From a virus, in the UHGV virus genome UHGV-0252305: 43,472 nucleotides of DNA; one strand, written 5' to 3'. The notes below the pieces were generated by a model. It had not been told where the DNA came from. It did no database searches and was given only the letters and a program-made list of their open reading frames with translations. The position numbers and the translations under genes are program-made. Of the stretch, positions 17,062 through 26,586 are shown piece by piece; within the stretch, counting starts at the first letter, position 1, and every line of letters starts with the position of its first letter.

Positions 17062-19401
17062 TTACTTAAAGCCAGGTGCGTTTCTTGTGGCTTTGCGGGC
17101 CTTGCTAATCTTGCTGTTACTGTTCTGCAAAGATGCAGCCACCTGCTCCTCGATGATGATACGCAAACGGCCTTCATCATCTTGCTCAGTGGACACGTTG
17201 CCGATTTGAGAACTCGTGTTGTTTACGATAGTAACATTAGACGGCCCGGAAGAAGACCCGTTTTGCCCCATAATTTCTTTCATCTGCTGTGCGGTGCGTA
17301 CACGTGACGCACCAGCGGGCATGATAACTTCTGGTTTACCGCGTTCGGCGATGGTTGAAGCCTGCCCTGCGGATAACTGTCCGCCCTGTTCACGTGCGGA
17401 CCTGATAGCGGAAATCTGCGCCATACCCGCCCCAACGGCAGCAGCGGCAGCTACAGGAGCCAGGAACGGGCCAACTACAGGGATAGCCGCTGTTGACTTA
17501 TACGCCTCAATAGCCGCGGAGTACGTGGCTATAGTGGCCTGCACGATAGCGAATGCCTTGTACGCGCCAGAAGCCTCGCCCAAAGCCGAACCGATGTTTG
17601 AGGCCATGTTACCGAAGGCGGTTGCCGTTGCGTCGGCACGCTTGGTTGCGTATTGCTCATTGATGGCGTTAAGCGCGGCCTGATACTGCTTCTCACTAAT
17701 AAGACCCTGCTCACGGTACTTATCGGCTACCGCCAGTTTCTGCTGTTCCTGGATGTCGAGAAGCTCAAGCTCAGTAGCGTTCTGGCCCATAATCTGAGCC
17801 ATGAAGTCGTCGCCTTTCTGCTTTTTCTCCTGCCGTTCTTTCTCGCGCTTATCCAATTCTTCCTGACGTGCGGTGTCCGCCTCCAGCATAATCTGCGTCT
17901 TGGCGTTTTCGTACTGCTGGTCGCTAAGAAGCTGGTTGCTGTAAAACTCTTGTAGCTTGGTTAACTGCTGTTCCTGGTTGGCTTCTATTTTCTGGAATAC
18001 GTCATCATTGAGATGAATTGACTGATAGTAGAAATCCTCCGCGGCTTTCTTCTGGCGCTCGAACGCATCCGCTGCTTTCTTAGCGGCTTTTGCACCCGCG
18101 CTATCATCTTCAGATCCGCCGCCGGTACCAGTTACCTTAAATTTACTAAGCCCTTCTTCCTTAGCGGCTTCTTTGTCGATGTCATACGCTGCGCGTTTAA
18201 GCGCGACGATATTTTGCTGAGCCTCCACCTGTTCGCGGAAACTTTTACGTGTCAGGTCCGCAACGTCGCGCTGAGTATCCAGTGCCATCCCCAGCTGGAA
18301 GTTAATATTTTTTGCTACGTCTACGGATTCCCCTGGTGTGAAGGCGGCCTTAACCAGCCGACCGGCATCCTGCGCCCCTTTAACCATATCCTCAAAGAAG
18401 CGCTCCATCGCGGTAAATTCTTCCGCGATGAAATCGAGCGCATCGGCGGCTGATTCCGCTATGGTTGTCGCCGTTTGTTCGCCGCTATCCGTGATACTTT
18501 TGCTACTAAAATCCCAAAGCTCATTTAGCCCGTTTATCGCATCACCCACGAAACCAAATGCCGCGTCGAATGACATCTCTATTGCGCTTCCTACTTCCGA
18601 CGCGATGTCACCCCACATACGCATCTCTGCGGCAAGTTCACCGGATGCAACCTGTGCGTTAAGTTCCTGGATTAAATCATCGATGTATCGGATAGGTTCG
18701 GCGAGCGCACCAACATCAAGACTGGTAGCCAGTGTCATTTTTAACTGCGACCATGAGTCGCTGGCACTGGCGATGGCCCCGTTAAGTGTGTTGGCCTGGT
18801 CCGCCATAGCCCCCGCGAAGTTTACGTTACCGATGTTGAGCAGGTATTGCTCGATGTCGGCAGCGCTCTTCTTAACTACCGTAGTAGTACCCTGGAATGT
18901 AAATTCAACATCGTTTTTGTTCTGTTTGGCCTTGATACCAAATTCTTTAAGGCGCTCAAATTCAAAAGTACTAGCGTCTGCAACCGCCTCAATCATCTGA
19001 TTCAGGTCTTTACCCATAGCAGCGGCGGTGTTTCCGTAGGAACGCAACGCTTCTTCTGACGGTGTAAGACCAAGCGCCACAAGTTTACGGAATCCCTCTA
19101 CCGCCTGTTCAAGGCCATACGGAGTGTCGCGCGCGAAGTCTTGCAGGATGCTTAACGCCTGTCTTGCACCCTGCGTGCTTCCGGTTAGTGTTTTCAGGCT
19201 GGCGGACATCTTGTCCAGTTGCCGTTGGGATTCTACCAGTTCCTGTGCGGCCTTGTAAGCGGTAGCGGCGACGATGGAAGCGAGGCCCGCTACCGCAGCT
19301 CCGGCTACCTTTGCAGACTTGGAAAGGTTATCAAGACGGTCTGATGTAGCTTTCGCGCCTTGCTCTGATACTTTTACAACTAAACTAGCTACATCAGCCA
19401 T
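17062..19401 (-). CDS. Tail tape measure protein
   Basis: 779 aa, Ala/Gln/Glu-rich coiled-coil, follows tail chaperone pair. Confidence 0.85.
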   Translation of the reverse strand: MADVASLVVKVSEQGAKATSDRLDNLSKSAKVAGAAVAGLASIVAATAYKAAQELVESQRQLDKMSASLKTLTGSTQGARQALSILQDFARDTPYGLEQAVEGFRKLVALGLTPSEEALRSYGNTAAAMGKDLNQMIEAVADASTFEFERLKEFGIKAKQNKNDVEFTFQGTTTVVKKSAADIEQYLLNIGNVNFAGAMADQANTLNGAIASASDSWSQLKMTLATSLDVGALAEPIRYIDDLIQELNAQVASGELAAEMRMWGDIASEVGSAIEMSFDAAFGFVGDAINGLNELWDFSSKSITDSGEQTATTIAESAADALDFIAEEFTAMERFFEDMVKGAQDAGRLVKAAFTPGESVDVAKNINFQLGMALDTQRDVADLTRKSFREQVEAQQNIVALKRAAYDIDKEAAKEEGLSKFKVTGTGGGSEDDSAGAKAAKKAADAFERQKKAAEDFYYQSIHLNDDVFQKIEANQEQQLTKLQEFYSNQLLSDQQYENAKTQIMLEADTARQEELDKREKERQEKKQKGDDFMAQIMGQNATELELLDIQEQQKLAVADKYREQGLISEKQYQAALNAINEQYATKRADATATAFGNMASNIGSALGEASGAYKAFAIVQATIATYSAAIEAYKSTAAIPVVGPFLAPVAAAAAVGAGMAQISAIRSAREQGGQLSAGQASTIAERGKPEVIMPAGASRVRTAQQMKEIMGQNGSSSGPSNVTIVNNTSSQIGNVSTEQDDEGRLRIIIEEQVAASLQNSNSKISKARKATRNAPGFK

Positions 19402-19753
19402 CGTTTCTACCCTCGAAAATAGCGTCTAAGCTCATGATGATGTCAGATTCAAACATGCCTATATTCTGGCCTGAAACGGTGCTGTATGCCACTAAATCCG
19501 ACCATCTTAACTGTTCGCGCGGGTACATCTTGATGCCATCGTCATCCACTCGGCGGGTAAATTTGATTTCCCGGTACTTCTCGAAGGTGGTTAATAGTTC
19601 AGGGGGGCATTCCGGCCCGGTGTCCTGCGTTGCTTCCGGCGCATCTTGCATAACCCCCATAGCAATTAGCGCGGCTTTATGCCCGTCGGCAATACTGTCA
19701 AACTCCCGCCGTTTGTGGCGGGCTATGAAGTTCCAACGGGCAAACTGGAGCAA
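19394..19753 (-). CDS. Tail assembly chaperone, T-frame (probably made as a G-T fusion by -1 frameshift)
   Basis: ORF is in -1 frame relative to upstream G gene, open 17 codons before the G stop; track start is a TTG. Confidence 0.5.
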   Translation of the reverse strand: MLQFARWNFIARHKRREFDSIADGHKAALIAMGVMQDAPEATQDTGPECPPELLTTFEKYREIKFTRRVDDDGIKMYPREQLRWSDLVAYSTVSGQNIGMFESDIIMSLDAIFEGRNDG

Positions 19754-19758
19754 CGCGT

Positions 19759-20175
19759 CTACTTTTCCTGCAATTGGTGAAGCTGTTCGTTGTGGAAAAC
19801 AACAACGTGTTCAGCGAGGCGTTTATATTGTGAAAAAAGAGTATTCAGGTTCTCTTTATTAAATTCATCGTCGAGACTCCAACCGTTAACCAGTTCAAGT
19901 GCTAACTGGCGGTTAAGGTCCGTCGCGGCGTCTTCCATCTTAATGTTATATTCCGAGAAATCTTTCAGTTCCTCGCATTTATCACGAAGCGGCTTCAGTT
20001 TACCTAACGACGCGCGGTACGCCAGGGTAAATGCACGCATGGCTTTAACCGCAACGTCTGCCTCCGGTGAAACAACGTTCAGCCACTCCCCTGAATCGGT
20101 GCCGTCTTTCAGTGGGATCGGCATACGGGCGCCTTTTTCTGCCTCAGCTTCGTAATAAAAATCAGAAAGTTTCAT
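19759..20175 (-). CDS. Tail assembly chaperone (gpG-like)
   Basis: 138 aa, acidic, immediately upstream of T-frame and tape measure; SD AAGGA. Confidence 0.55.
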   Translation of the reverse strand: MKLSDFYYEAEAEKGARMPIPLKDGTDSGEWLNVVSPEADVAVKAMRAFTLAYRASLGKLKPLRDKCEELKDFSEYNIKMEDAATDLNRQLALELVNGWSLDDEFNKENLNTLFSQYKRLAEHVVVFHNEQLHQLQEK

Positions 20176-20282
20176 TCTTTAATCCTTTGGTTAAGAGGTT
20201 ACGGGTTAAGGTTAATGCGCCAGACGGGAACCACCCGCTTTTCGTGTGCGACACTAGGCGCAAAATTATTCTATCACATTAC

Positions 20283-20311
20283 TTGCACACCCCAATATAA
20301 TAGTGTACTAT
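20283..20311 (+). promoter_or_regulatory. Promoter-like site TTGCAC-17-TACTAT with AATAG-N4-CTATT
   Basis: Inverted repeat at 20299..20311; upstream of Imm-like gene and enzyme cassette. Confidence 0.5.
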
Positions 20312-20352
20312 TCACTTACACCAACGATGTTATCCCAAACAGGAGCTACACC

Positions 20353-20544
20353 ATGACGGGTATTACTATGTTCTTCTTAATCATTATCGTTTTAGTTTAT
20401 TTTATTCCATTTCTCGTGGCGCATATGCGCGACCATAAAGCGAAATTAGCGATATTCATGGCTAATCTGTTTCTTGGATGGGTTCTGCTGCCGTGGGTAT
20501 TTATTTTAATCTGGGCTTGCAACTCGAATGTCAAAGAGAAGTGA
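20353..20544 (+). CDS. Superinfection-immunity-type small membrane protein (Imm-like, 2 TM)
   Basis: YFIPFLVAHMRDHKAKLAIFMANLFLGWVLLPWVFILIWA matches my recollection of the Imm_superinfect family; ATG at 20353 with SD AGGAG. Confidence 0.55.
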   Translation: MTGITMFFLIIIVLVYFIPFLVAHMRDHKAKLAIFMANLFLGWVLLPWVFILIWACNSNVKEK

Positions 20545-20581
20545 GCTAGTATAGGACAAATCCTAAGCACGAGGAATAAAC

Positions 20582-21712
20582 ATGGCCCGGAAGAAAATAA
20601 CCGACGAACAGTTGCAGGAAGAATTGAACGCCGGTATGAAGAATGTGGATATCGCCCGTAAATACGGCATCTCAGACCGCGTAATTCGTATCCGTAAAGC
20701 GAAGCTGGCTAAGAAAGGCGTGGGCCACGGGCGCGACGTTAGCCACCTTGTGCCAGACGGCTACAAGATTAAAGGAACGTCGTCACTTGTGGACGAGTTC
20801 GGCAACACTAAGTTGCAATGGATTAAGACTGATACCGACGCCGAACGTCAGGTTGAATTGATGAAAGCCGTAATAGAGGGCATGAAGTCAGAGATTACGC
20901 CCGTTGCGCCTGTTAAAGCGGCGCGCGCCAAACGTGACGACAAGCTACTCAATCTTTACACTGTATCTGATTTCCATCTCGGTATGCTGGCATGGGCCGA
21001 TGAGAGCGGCGACGACTGGGACATGAAGATTGCAGAAGACCTGTTCTCTCGGTGGTTCGACGCGGCGTTTCAGAAAGCACCGGATGCAGGAACAGGAGTT
21101 ATTAACCTGCTTGGGGACTTCGCACACTTCGATAGTCTTGATGCCGTTACCCCCGAGTCGCGCCATGTATTAGATGCGGATACTCGCTATCAGAAACTGG
21201 TACGTTACATGATTCGTATGGTCCGCCGTGTTGTTGATATGGCGCTGGTTAAGCATCACACAGTAAAACTTTTAATCGTTCAAGGTAACCACGACCCTGT
21301 TGGCTCCGTATGGCTTGCCGAAATGTTCACGGTTTTATACTCAAACGACAGCCGAGTGATTGTTGATACGTCGCCGGATGTTTACAAGATGGTGCAACAC
21401 GGCAAAACGACGCTGTTCTTCCATCACGGGCATAAAGCACGATTCGACGCTATCGAACCGGTTATGATTGCCAAGTTCCGTAAAGCGTTCGGCGAGAGTG
21501 TTTACAGCTACGCCCACGTAGGCCATCTGCACCACCAGAAGATTGTAGAAAGCCGTAACATGATTGTTGAGCAACACCGCACCTTAGCGGCTAAAGACGC
21601 CTACGCCTCTCGCGGCGGATGGATGTCGGGCCGCAGTGCAAATGTAATTACTTATAGCGCCGAATATGGCGAGGTCGCACGTTTAACTATTTCACCGGAG
21701 ATGCTGGGATGA
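20582..21712 (+). CDS. N-terminal HTH fused to calcineurin-like metallophosphoesterase (Mre11/SbcD-like motifs)
   Basis: HTH-like NVDIARKYGISDRVIRIRKAKL; phosphoesterase motifs DFHLG, LGDFAHFD, QGNHDP, HHGH, GHLHH. Confidence 0.7.
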   Translation: MARKKITDEQLQEELNAGMKNVDIARKYGISDRVIRIRKAKLAKKGVGHGRDVSHLVPDGYKIKGTSSLVDEFGNTKLQWIKTDTDAERQVELMKAVIEGMKSEITPVAPVKAARAKRDDKLLNLYTVSDFHLGMLAWADESGDDWDMKIAEDLFSRWFDAAFQKAPDAGTGVINLLGDFAHFDSLDAVTPESRHVLDADTRYQKLVRYMIRMVRRVVDMALVKHHTVKLLIVQGNHDPVGSVWLAEMFTVLYSNDSRVIVDTSPDVYKMVQHGKTTLFFHHGHKARFDAIEPVMIAKFRKAFGESVYSYAHVGHLHHQKIVESRNMIVEQHRTLAAKDAYASRGGWMSGRSANVITYSAEYGEVARLTISPEMLG

Positions 21713-22197
21713 AAGATATTGTAATTTTCGATTTAGACGGGACATTGGCCGACGGTACCCATCGCTTACACCTGTTACCAAAAGATAACTACGGAGAAAC
21801 GTGGGCGTGGAAGCCATTTAACATGGCCTGCAAAGATGACGCTCCGATATACGACAATATCCATTTGTGTAGCGTACTGTGGCATTCCGGACTTACTATA
21901 ATTATCCTTACCGGGCGAAGTGATGACGCTGAGGAGGAGACTCGCGAATGGTTACGAGAGAATAACGTTAGGTTTGACACGCTAATCATGCGCAGCAAAC
22001 ACGACAACAGAAAAGACATCGTAATTAAAGAAGAGGTGTTGCGTGCTTTCGGACTGGAAAGAATCTTGTGTGCGTTCGACGACTCTCCAGCGGTAATAAA
22101 GCATTTCCGTGACCTCGGCATAACCGTACACGCAGTTACCGAATACGACTGTAACGGGAACTCTACACACTTAAAACCACACGGGAGCGATAAATAA
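21709..22197 (+). CDS. HAD-family phosphatase, T4 polynucleotide kinase 3'-phosphatase-like
   Basis: Motif I IFDLDGTLA, motif II IILTGR, motif III KHDNRKDIVIKEE, motif IV FDDSP; pattern recalled from T4 Pnk phosphatase domain. Confidence 0.7.
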   Translation: MKDIVIFDLDGTLADGTHRLHLLPKDNYGETWAWKPFNMACKDDAPIYDNIHLCSVLWHSGLTIIILTGRSDDAEEETREWLRENNVRFDTLIMRSKHDNRKDIVIKEEVLRAFGLERILCAFDDSPAVIKHFRDLGITVHAVTEYDCNGNSTHLKPHGSDK

Positions 22198-22751
22198 TGG
22201 CTAAGGTAATTATTCTTAATGGCCCTGCGGGTTGCGGGAAAGACACGCTTGCTATGGCGCTGGTAGAAATGGGCTTTGCGAAAGGAACTACCAGTTTCAA
22301 GAATCCAATGTTCAATATTGCTTTGGCAGCGTTAGGCCAGGATGCTTACCACGAATTTCTCGACGGCTACGACGACCGGGCGCGGAAAGAAAAACCCGAG
22401 GGTTTTCTTAATGGGTTGTCCCGCCGCCGGTTAATGATTGCCATTTCTGAGCAATTCATTAAACCGGTATTCGGCGATGATTATTTCGGTAAGTATCTTG
22501 CTGAAAACTTGCCTGACGGCGACGAAGTTTTTGTAGTGTCCGATGGTGGATTCGCCAGTGAAGTTGCCCCTATCGTCGCCGCGGGGCATGACGTGCGAAT
22601 CGTCCGCCTCCATCGTGACGGCTATACGTTCATCTGCGATAGCCGTGGCTATCTGTACGATGTTAGTGGTGTAAAAGATTACGACACCTACATCATACCG
22701 GGTGACGTTAAATCGAACGTTATAGACATTGCTTTAAAATTAGGTTTGTAA
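22197..22751 (+). CDS. P-loop nucleotide kinase (T4 gp1 dNMP-kinase-like)
   Basis: Walker A ILNGPAGCGKDT; RRLM segment recalled from T4 gene 1 kinase; start overlaps upstream stop by 1 nt. Confidence 0.65.
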   Translation: MAKVIILNGPAGCGKDTLAMALVEMGFAKGTTSFKNPMFNIALAALGQDAYHEFLDGYDDRARKEKPEGFLNGLSRRRLMIAISEQFIKPVFGDDYFGKYLAENLPDGDEVFVVSDGGFASEVAPIVAAGHDVRIVRLHRDGYTFICDSRGYLYDVSGVKDYDTYIIPGDVKSNVIDIALKLGL

Positions 22752-22756
22752 GAAAA

Positions 22757-22779
22757 AGGCCCCGAAAGGGGCCTTAGTT
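22757..22779. terminator. Bidirectional terminator between kinase gene and major tail gene
   Basis: Stem aggcccc/ggggcct, loop gaaa; A/T runs on both sides. Confidence 0.7.
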
Positions 22780-23952
22780 TTATGCGTAGGTGATACGTTG
22801 AATTACGATAGACGACTGGTACTGATTGCCGGTAGCCTGGCCTTCAATGGACTGAGTGATTGACTCAGGCCCACCAATCTCAGGTGTAACCGCCGTAAGC
22901 TCTGCACGTTTCAAACTGAAAGACATAGCCCCGTTTACCCCTGCCAGAATAGAGTTAATCTCTACCTGCTGCTCGTTGATAAACTTCTGAATCATCGCCA
23001 TGTCGTACAGCTTGCCAGAGATAGAGAATGTGTTAGCTGCGCGTCCACGTTCGACGAACGCCACGCTACTGTTACCGAGTTCGAACTGCGCGGAAGCTCC
23101 GTTGTCGTTGGTGATGGTGAGAGTATCGCAACGCAACGGCGTGGAGCCATCGAACACCGACACATCTACCGACGAGAACGGCTCATCGGTGAACGTAACC
23201 TGAGAGAAATCAGAGCCAGACGGCGGCTCGGTAAGAATCTCCTGACTCAGGCCGATGAACGGGAAGCTGCCGGTGACCATGGCGTTAACCGCCTGCTCTA
23301 CGGTAAAGCCAGAGATTTCCACACCTTTGGTCAGCATGTACGCGCCCGGGTTACCACACTGGCCCTTGAACCACGTCAGGATGGAGAACGTCTTACACGC
23401 GTTACCGGTTTCCAGCTTGTCGCCAGTTTTTGCGTCAGTGGTTACTGTCTCTGCTGTCAGCGTGTGCTGAATACCTGCGCCCGTAACTACCAGAGCGGAA
23501 ACCGCGGTCACGATAAACGGTTTTGCGTTGTCGCCGGTTAAGCCGGTGAACGCAATAAGGTCGCCAACTTCTACACCGTCAGTAATGAAGTCACCGGCAG
23601 CGCGGGTGAATGTTTTACCTGCTGGGGCGACCGTAATTTTGGCGCCAGTAATCTTTACCCCAGCTTGCCACGTAGAAGTCATCGCTCCCGCAAGGAAATC
23701 ATCCTGGCTACGAGAGCTAAGTTCGATGGCGTACTCCCCGCTAACCTGTTTGTTACCGGTTCGGATGGATGTAGTTTCACGGCTGCCGTCCAGTTCGTTG
23801 GAAGTCAGTGCATCGCGGGTTACAGCGGGAACGCCGCCCGTGTTACGCAACGGCGACCATACCGGGTTAGTCGGTGTTACGCCAGGGGTATTTTCCGCCA
23901 CATAGAATTGCGCGGTATTCGCGCCCTTAAAAGGAGTTGTAGCCATATTCAC
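22780..23952 (-). CDS. Major tail protein (putative)
   Basis: 390 aa; first large gene of tail module after connector genes; Ser/Thr/Gly-rich. Confidence 0.55.
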   Translation of the reverse strand: MNMATTPFKGANTAQFYVAENTPGVTPTNPVWSPLRNTGGVPAVTRDALTSNELDGSRETTSIRTGNKQVSGEYAIELSSRSQDDFLAGAMTSTWQAGVKITGAKITVAPAGKTFTRAAGDFITDGVEVGDLIAFTGLTGDNAKPFIVTAVSALVVTGAGIQHTLTAETVTTDAKTGDKLETGNACKTFSILTWFKGQCGNPGAYMLTKGVEISGFTVEQAVNAMVTGSFPFIGLSQEILTEPPSGSDFSQVTFTDEPFSSVDVSVFDGSTPLRCDTLTITNDNGASAQFELGNSSVAFVERGRAANTFSISGKLYDMAMIQKFINEQQVEINSILAGVNGAMSFSLKRAELTAVTPEIGGPESITQSIEGQATGNQYQSSIVIQRITYA

Positions 23953-24365
23953 AGCCTCTTGGTGAATGCAATAAAGTTAATTGACAATGGTCGTTTGGCC
24001 CATCCGTTTTCTACAATCAGCGGCCCCAGGCTAACCGATTGAACCTCGGCGCAGATGTCGTTACGCGAAAATGCCTTACCTGATTTAAACGCCGTGTTAA
24101 GTAAGTCTGCCATTTTATTGATTGGCGCGCTACCTTTCACCGATGCGTAGTTAATGTCTATCTGATAGACACCGGCGCGTTGTTCCGTGAAGAATAAGTC
24201 AGCCTGCTCGGTATCCGCCAGCAACATGTAACTTGCCAGATACGGCGTATCTGTTGACGTCGGCGCGTCGATGTTTTCAAGCGCTACCTTGATGCCGTTG
24301 GTGGTTCCGAAGGCTACCAGCGGCACATCAAACGCTTTTGTTAAGTCCTCAAAGTAGCCCATCAT
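23949..24365 (-). CDS. Tail completion / terminator-like protein
   Basis: Position just upstream of major tail gene; overlapping stop/start. Confidence 0.4.
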   Translation of the reverse strand: MMGYFEDLTKAFDVPLVAFGTTNGIKVALENIDAPTSTDTPYLASYMLLADTEQADLFFTEQRAGVYQIDINYASVKGSAPINKMADLLNTAFKSGKAFSRNDICAEVQSVSLGPLIVENGWAKRPLSINFIAFTKRL

Positions 24366-24757
24366 CTCACCTTGCTAGCTTCTTCGTTAATGAGTTGCTG
24401 GAAGCGGGACACGTTAGTCCTGACGAATCCTTGCGGGGCCTGTTGCGACCAGCCATACTCCAGCCGTTGTGCATACGGCAGGTTATTTGTCAGCGTGAAC
24501 TCATGCCAGTCGGTGGCTTTCAGCACGAAACTTGTAGCGTTTCCGGTTGCTGTGTTTCCTGATTTATCCGTAGCATCCGTAATCCCGGAAGCAGGAGTAC
24601 CGCCAGATGCCATCCAGTTCATGCGAAACCGACCAGTATCTACCGGACTCGCCTTTATAATAGCGGAAAACAGCTTGATAGACACCTGACGCATCACCTT
24701 CTCAGGGTTCTTCTTCGCCTTTTCCACGAACTTAGAGACGTCCAGCGCGAAACTCAT
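24362..24757 (-). CDS. HK97 gp10-like head-tail connector component
   Basis: VDTGRFRMNW motif as in gp10-family proteins; position. Confidence 0.45.
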   Translation of the reverse strand: MSFALDVSKFVEKAKKNPEKVMRQVSIKLFSAIIKASPVDTGRFRMNWMASGGTPASGITDATDKSGNTATGNATSFVLKATDWHEFTLTNNLPYAQRLEYGWSQQAPQGFVRTNVSRFQQLINEEASKVR

Positions 24758-25113
24758 TTTCTCACCTGAATAAAGTAGGCCACAACATCATCGTTAACCA
24801 CCTTCTTCTCAATGGCTACGACGGACCATTGCTCGCCGCCGAATTGCACTTTGTCTTCCATCTTAGGAACGACGCTGTAATCGGCTTTAACAATCATGTC
24901 ACCAGCCTGAATCGTCGTACCGTTCACCAGACCCGCATTAACAGGAACCGGAACGGCCCTCAACGGCAACACTTCGTCCGCAGACCAGACGTACTCACCG
25001 AGAACTTCATCCCACACTTTCGAGCCAGCGCGAATCAGAGATACCGTGCTACCGAATTTGGTTAGCAGGCGTGTACCCACGCCTTGCATACGTTTACTGA
25101 AAGCAGTGCTCAT
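24754..25113 (-). CDS. Head-tail adaptor / head closure protein (putative)
   Basis: ATG at 25113 overlaps upstream stop (TGATG); position between capsid and tail modules. Confidence 0.4.
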   Translation of the reverse strand: MSTAFSKRMQGVGTRLLTKFGSTVSLIRAGSKVWDEVLGEYVWSADEVLPLRAVPVPVNAGLVNGTTIQAGDMIVKADYSVVPKMEDKVQFGGEQWSVVAIEKKVVNDDVVAYFIQVRK

Positions 25114-25727
25114 CAGGCAGCCTCCAGTCTCGAAATAACCAGTAGCGCGGACGGTGCCGTGCCCCATGCAGTTACAGTAGCCACCTGCGGGTATACGCCT
25201 CCGAAGTTAGTCCCGGCGCTATCTCGCATAATCTGAACGGCGAATGTTTGCCCGGCGGTTGGGTTAATCACTACACGGGATTCAATAGGGATGGTGGTTT
25301 CCGAGCTAACAAGTTTCGTAGCTGCTGGTGAGCCGTACTGAGCGCCGTTAATGAGGATACGCGACAACAGGATAGACGTTCCGCTAGCGCCGGAGCGACC
25401 GGCCTGTAACTTGATGCGAACGGCATAGTTACCCGCGGTGTTGAATGTAACCAGCCCCGCAGCATTAATCATTACCGGGTCAGATGCACTACCCTGAGCA
25501 GAGCCGAACGATACCTGCAACGCCGTATCTACTGCGGTAGGCGCTTGCGCTACTGTCGACGCAGCGCGGAGAACTTCAACCTCTTTAACACCCGGAGTGG
25601 CGTAAATAGGTGAGTCAGCCATCTGGGTTAATACCCCGCGCAACTTCGCAGGCGTAATAAGTCCGGTCGTGTTGTCCGGTAGCTCGGAACCGATTAGCGT
25701 GAATATCTCTGATTTAGTCTTCGCCAT
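25113..25727 (-). CDS. Structural protein, hypothetical
   Basis: 204 aa, Ala/Thr/Gly-rich, within head-tail joining cluster. Confidence 0.4.
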   Translation of the reverse strand: MAKTKSEIFTLIGSELPDNTTGLITPAKLRGVLTQMADSPIYATPGVKEVEVLRAASTVAQAPTAVDTALQVSFGSAQGSASDPVMINAAGLVTFNTAGNYAVRIKLQAGRSGASGTSILLSRILINGAQYGSPAATKLVSSETTIPIESRVVINPTAGQTFAVQIMRDSAGTNFGGVYPQVATVTAWGTAPSALLVISRLEAA

Positions 25728-25729
25728 TT

Positions 25730-26242
25730 TTAACCCCGGTACACGTTAAACGAGAAACCATTGTTAAGACCACCACACAATAACGGGCGTAAAGCGTCGT
25801 CAGCAGCGGTAATCGCGGTCGTAGCGCCACTGTTGCCATTGTTGAAGTAGGTCACTGTTACTGCACCCTCGACACGCTCAGTCTGCACGGCGCGACCGTC
25901 TGAGTTAGCCCGGACTTCGGTGCCCTCGCCATATGTAGCGGCAGCGATTACCTGCGCAAGAATCACCTGTTTCGGAATGGCGTTGTTGACCACCGGGAAC
26001 CCGTTTAACGTAACGCCGGTGCGGGGGTATGCAAGAGACTGTTCGGCGGATACTCGACGACCGCACATCTGCGGTTCTGCAAGCCCCACATAAGTAGCAC
26101 CGTTGCGTAAGGCCACCTCTGCTGCGGTATCGTCTTCCGGCAGCTCAAGGCCATAATTAGCCGCTAACGCGCGGGCGTCAGCCAGACTAATGTAACTGTC
26201 GGCATTTGGGACGATCACCCCAGTTTCCACGATTAGCGGCAT
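25730..26242 (-). CDS. Head-tail connector / DNA-stabilisation-like structural protein (putative)
   Basis: 170 aa; position after capsid gene cluster; SD GAGGAA. Confidence 0.4.
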   Translation of the reverse strand: MPLIVETGVIVPNADSYISLADARALAANYGLELPEDDTAAEVALRNGATYVGLAEPQMCGRRVSAEQSLAYPRTGVTLNGFPVVNNAIPKQVILAQVIAAATYGEGTEVRANSDGRAVQTERVEGAVTVTYFNNGNSGATTAITAADDALRPLLCGGLNNGFSFNVYRG

Positions 26243-26245
26243 AAA

Positions 26246-26425
26246 TTATTCCTCTGACTTACGGCGACGACGCTTAGTACCACCGCCGTTGTTGTGCGCT
26301 TCTTCATTGTCTGGTTGGGTTGCAACCAGTTCATCCGCTTCTACCACACCGCGAACAGGCATCACCTGTCCGTCAACAATATCAACGTGGGTGTACTTTT
26401 CGCGGATTACGTAATTATCTGCCAT
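26246..26425 (-). CDS. Small protein with basic C-terminus (59 aa)
   Basis: SD AAGGAAAGG before ATG; translation verified; ends KRRRRKSEE; not in ORF track. Confidence 0.35.
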   Translation of the reverse strand: MADNYVIREKYTHVDIVDGQVMPVRGVVEADELVATQPDNEEAHNNGGGTKRRRRKSEE

Positions 26426-26586
26426 GACCTTTCCTTATTACGGCCCCGAAGGGCCGTTGTGTTAAGACACAGTTGCTACGGTGCTACCGGAGATAATATT
26501 ACCATATACATCGTGAACAACCACTTTATACGTGCCGGAGTCGGCCGACACACCGGTAATACGACGTTTGATTACATCAACCATTT

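Noticed and set aside
18338-19000. 220-aa + strand ORF
   Set aside because: Antisense inside the tape measure gene; Ser/Ala-rich shadow frame.
26440-26455. Hairpin cggccc-cgaa-gggccg as an intrinsic terminator
   Set aside because: Stable stem, but not followed by a U-tract on either strand; more likely an mRNA stability or translation-spacing element between small genes.
26476-26583. 35-codon ORF directly after the stop of gene 26587..26967
   Set aside because: Has an SD-like GAGGAG, but its C-terminal half looks non-protein-like on careful translation (my first reading contained a transcription error), so it is not listed as a feature.
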